64,000 nucleotides of DNA from Blepharisma stoltei ATCC 30299 (lineage: Eukaryota; Protista; Ciliophora), in assembly GCA_965603825.1 (NCBI GenBank), contig CBFDEM010000062.1:744001-808000 (forward strand), written 5' to 3'. Each line of letters opens with the position of its first letter. Within the stretch, counting starts at the first letter, position 1. This document shows, piece by piece, positions 62,586-64,000 of this stretch. The translations under genes and the position numbers were made by a program. The notes under the pieces were generated by a model, which saw nothing but the letters and a program-made list of their open reading frames with translations, ran no database searches and was not told the origin of the DNA.

Positions 62586-64000
62586 GAAATTTAACAACTT
62601 TTTTCCTTCAGGATGCTTATCTATCTTTATTTATAAGAATAAAATGCTAGAAAGTTGATAAAGAAAAATTTAACGTATTTCTTATAATATATTCCTATAC
62701 TTTTTATTGCTAAGATGAAGTGAATAAAAGAAGTAAATTTAAAAAAATTCAAATAAAATAAGCGGAGATTAAAGTTCGAAAAACAAAATTTTCAGATAAT
62801 AAATAAGCTATTTTGAAAAATTACTGGGAAGACCTTTTCATATATATTCAAGAAAAAATAATTTAATAAAATATGCATTATTTTATGAGATTTGAGGCTT
62901 TTTGCAATTATAGCTAGGTTAGCTTTGCTTATTTCATTTTCTTGAAAATAAAGTCGATTGCATTTTGATTTTATAAACTACTTGCTTAAGTCCCATGATA
63001 ATAAACTTGATAGGGTGCCTTTATATTCAACTTTTTTAAATTGGGTAGAGTTTATTTTGCGATTTACGAATTATTCAATGATATAAAATCCAAATATCCT
63101 TCATTTCAGTATAAACTTGATTTTAATTAAGTTTATATTATAAAGAAAGAGATCAAAGGAGTTCTATTCTATAATAGTTTCCAAGCCAGCTTTATTGCTT
63201 TATAATTTTTATAGCAATTTTTATTAAATTTAATTGATATCTTGATATCGTGAACTTTGGTTTAACCTGAGGGATTATGATTAGCATCTGCTTAAAATTT
63301 TAGACAAAGCTTGATAAGTTTTAAAATTTTTCTAGATATTCCCTATTGATGCTATTTATAAAAGCTACGTTTTTTTGACAACTCCTTATACTTACTGGGA
63401 ACTAGACAATCTTACGGACAGTTAAATATATTATTACAATTTGTTCTTTTATCATATTTAATTTTAAATTATAATTGCTATAAAAGTTCTTTTAGCAATT
63501 AGACTTTAGATTTCATGATATTTAAAAATCCAAAAATTTTAATTAAGGAAATTAAATAAGTATATTTCCATGAACTTATTGAATTTATAAAAAAGGACCA
63601 TGCAAAATTTCGGCTTATATATTGACTATGATGAGAATTAAATATAATTAAGTTTAGTAGGATAGGATTCAGCGTAGATAGACTCAAGAACTTAAAGTGA
63701 AATAAATCCTTTTGCAAATCATATCTTTGGGAAGTTTCTGGAGTAATGCACATGAAATAAGAAATAAAGGCTCCTATGAGCGAAATGGATAAATTTTAAT
63801 AAATTTTTCAGAGATCTCAAAAATAAACACATTAATAAAATTTCTAAAATAAATTCTTTTACTTTTGCACTGAAATAGTGCATAAGTAAAATCTCCCAAA
63901 AGATTCAAACTACAAATTTATACACAGCAATATCATAATAAAGACTTTCATCTTCAATTTATAAATTATTTAATGGTCTAAAGAAAATATCAAAAATATT

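Noticed and set aside
1-64000. tRNA, rRNA, telomeric repeats, transposase or reverse transcriptase
   Set aside because: None recognised by eye; a tRNAscan/Rfam/HMM search was not possible.

Overview
AT-rich eukaryotic DNA that behaves like a heterotrich ciliate macronuclear genome (Blepharisma-like). TGA is read as Trp, TAA/TAG are stops and introns are 15 nt, so many ORFs in the supplied track are fragments of longer genes. Bases 1-17.8 kb are a very compact housekeeping block: OSBP, NOT2, NDUFA6-like, NDUFA8-like, a MIR-domain protein, a granule-lattice-like protein, a RING-H2 ligase, ceramide synthase, BRF1 and several unknowns. Bases 17.8-64 kb are a gene-sparse accessory region with 12 paralogous genes for a ~135-aa protein with two Cys/His zinc-finger-like repeats. 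These are interleaved with about 17 copies of a conserved ~90-100 bp non-coding element whose orientation is locked to the genes and which often flanks a gene on both sides; this is the best candidate for an undescribed system. Inserted in the array (40-51.6 kb) are three secreted Cys-rich repeat proteins with an apparently inactivated leishmanolysin-like head, plus an orphan GPI-signal tail fragment. A ~3.2-kb segmental duplication and several pseudogene relics are also present. All family assignments are by eye; no database search was run.
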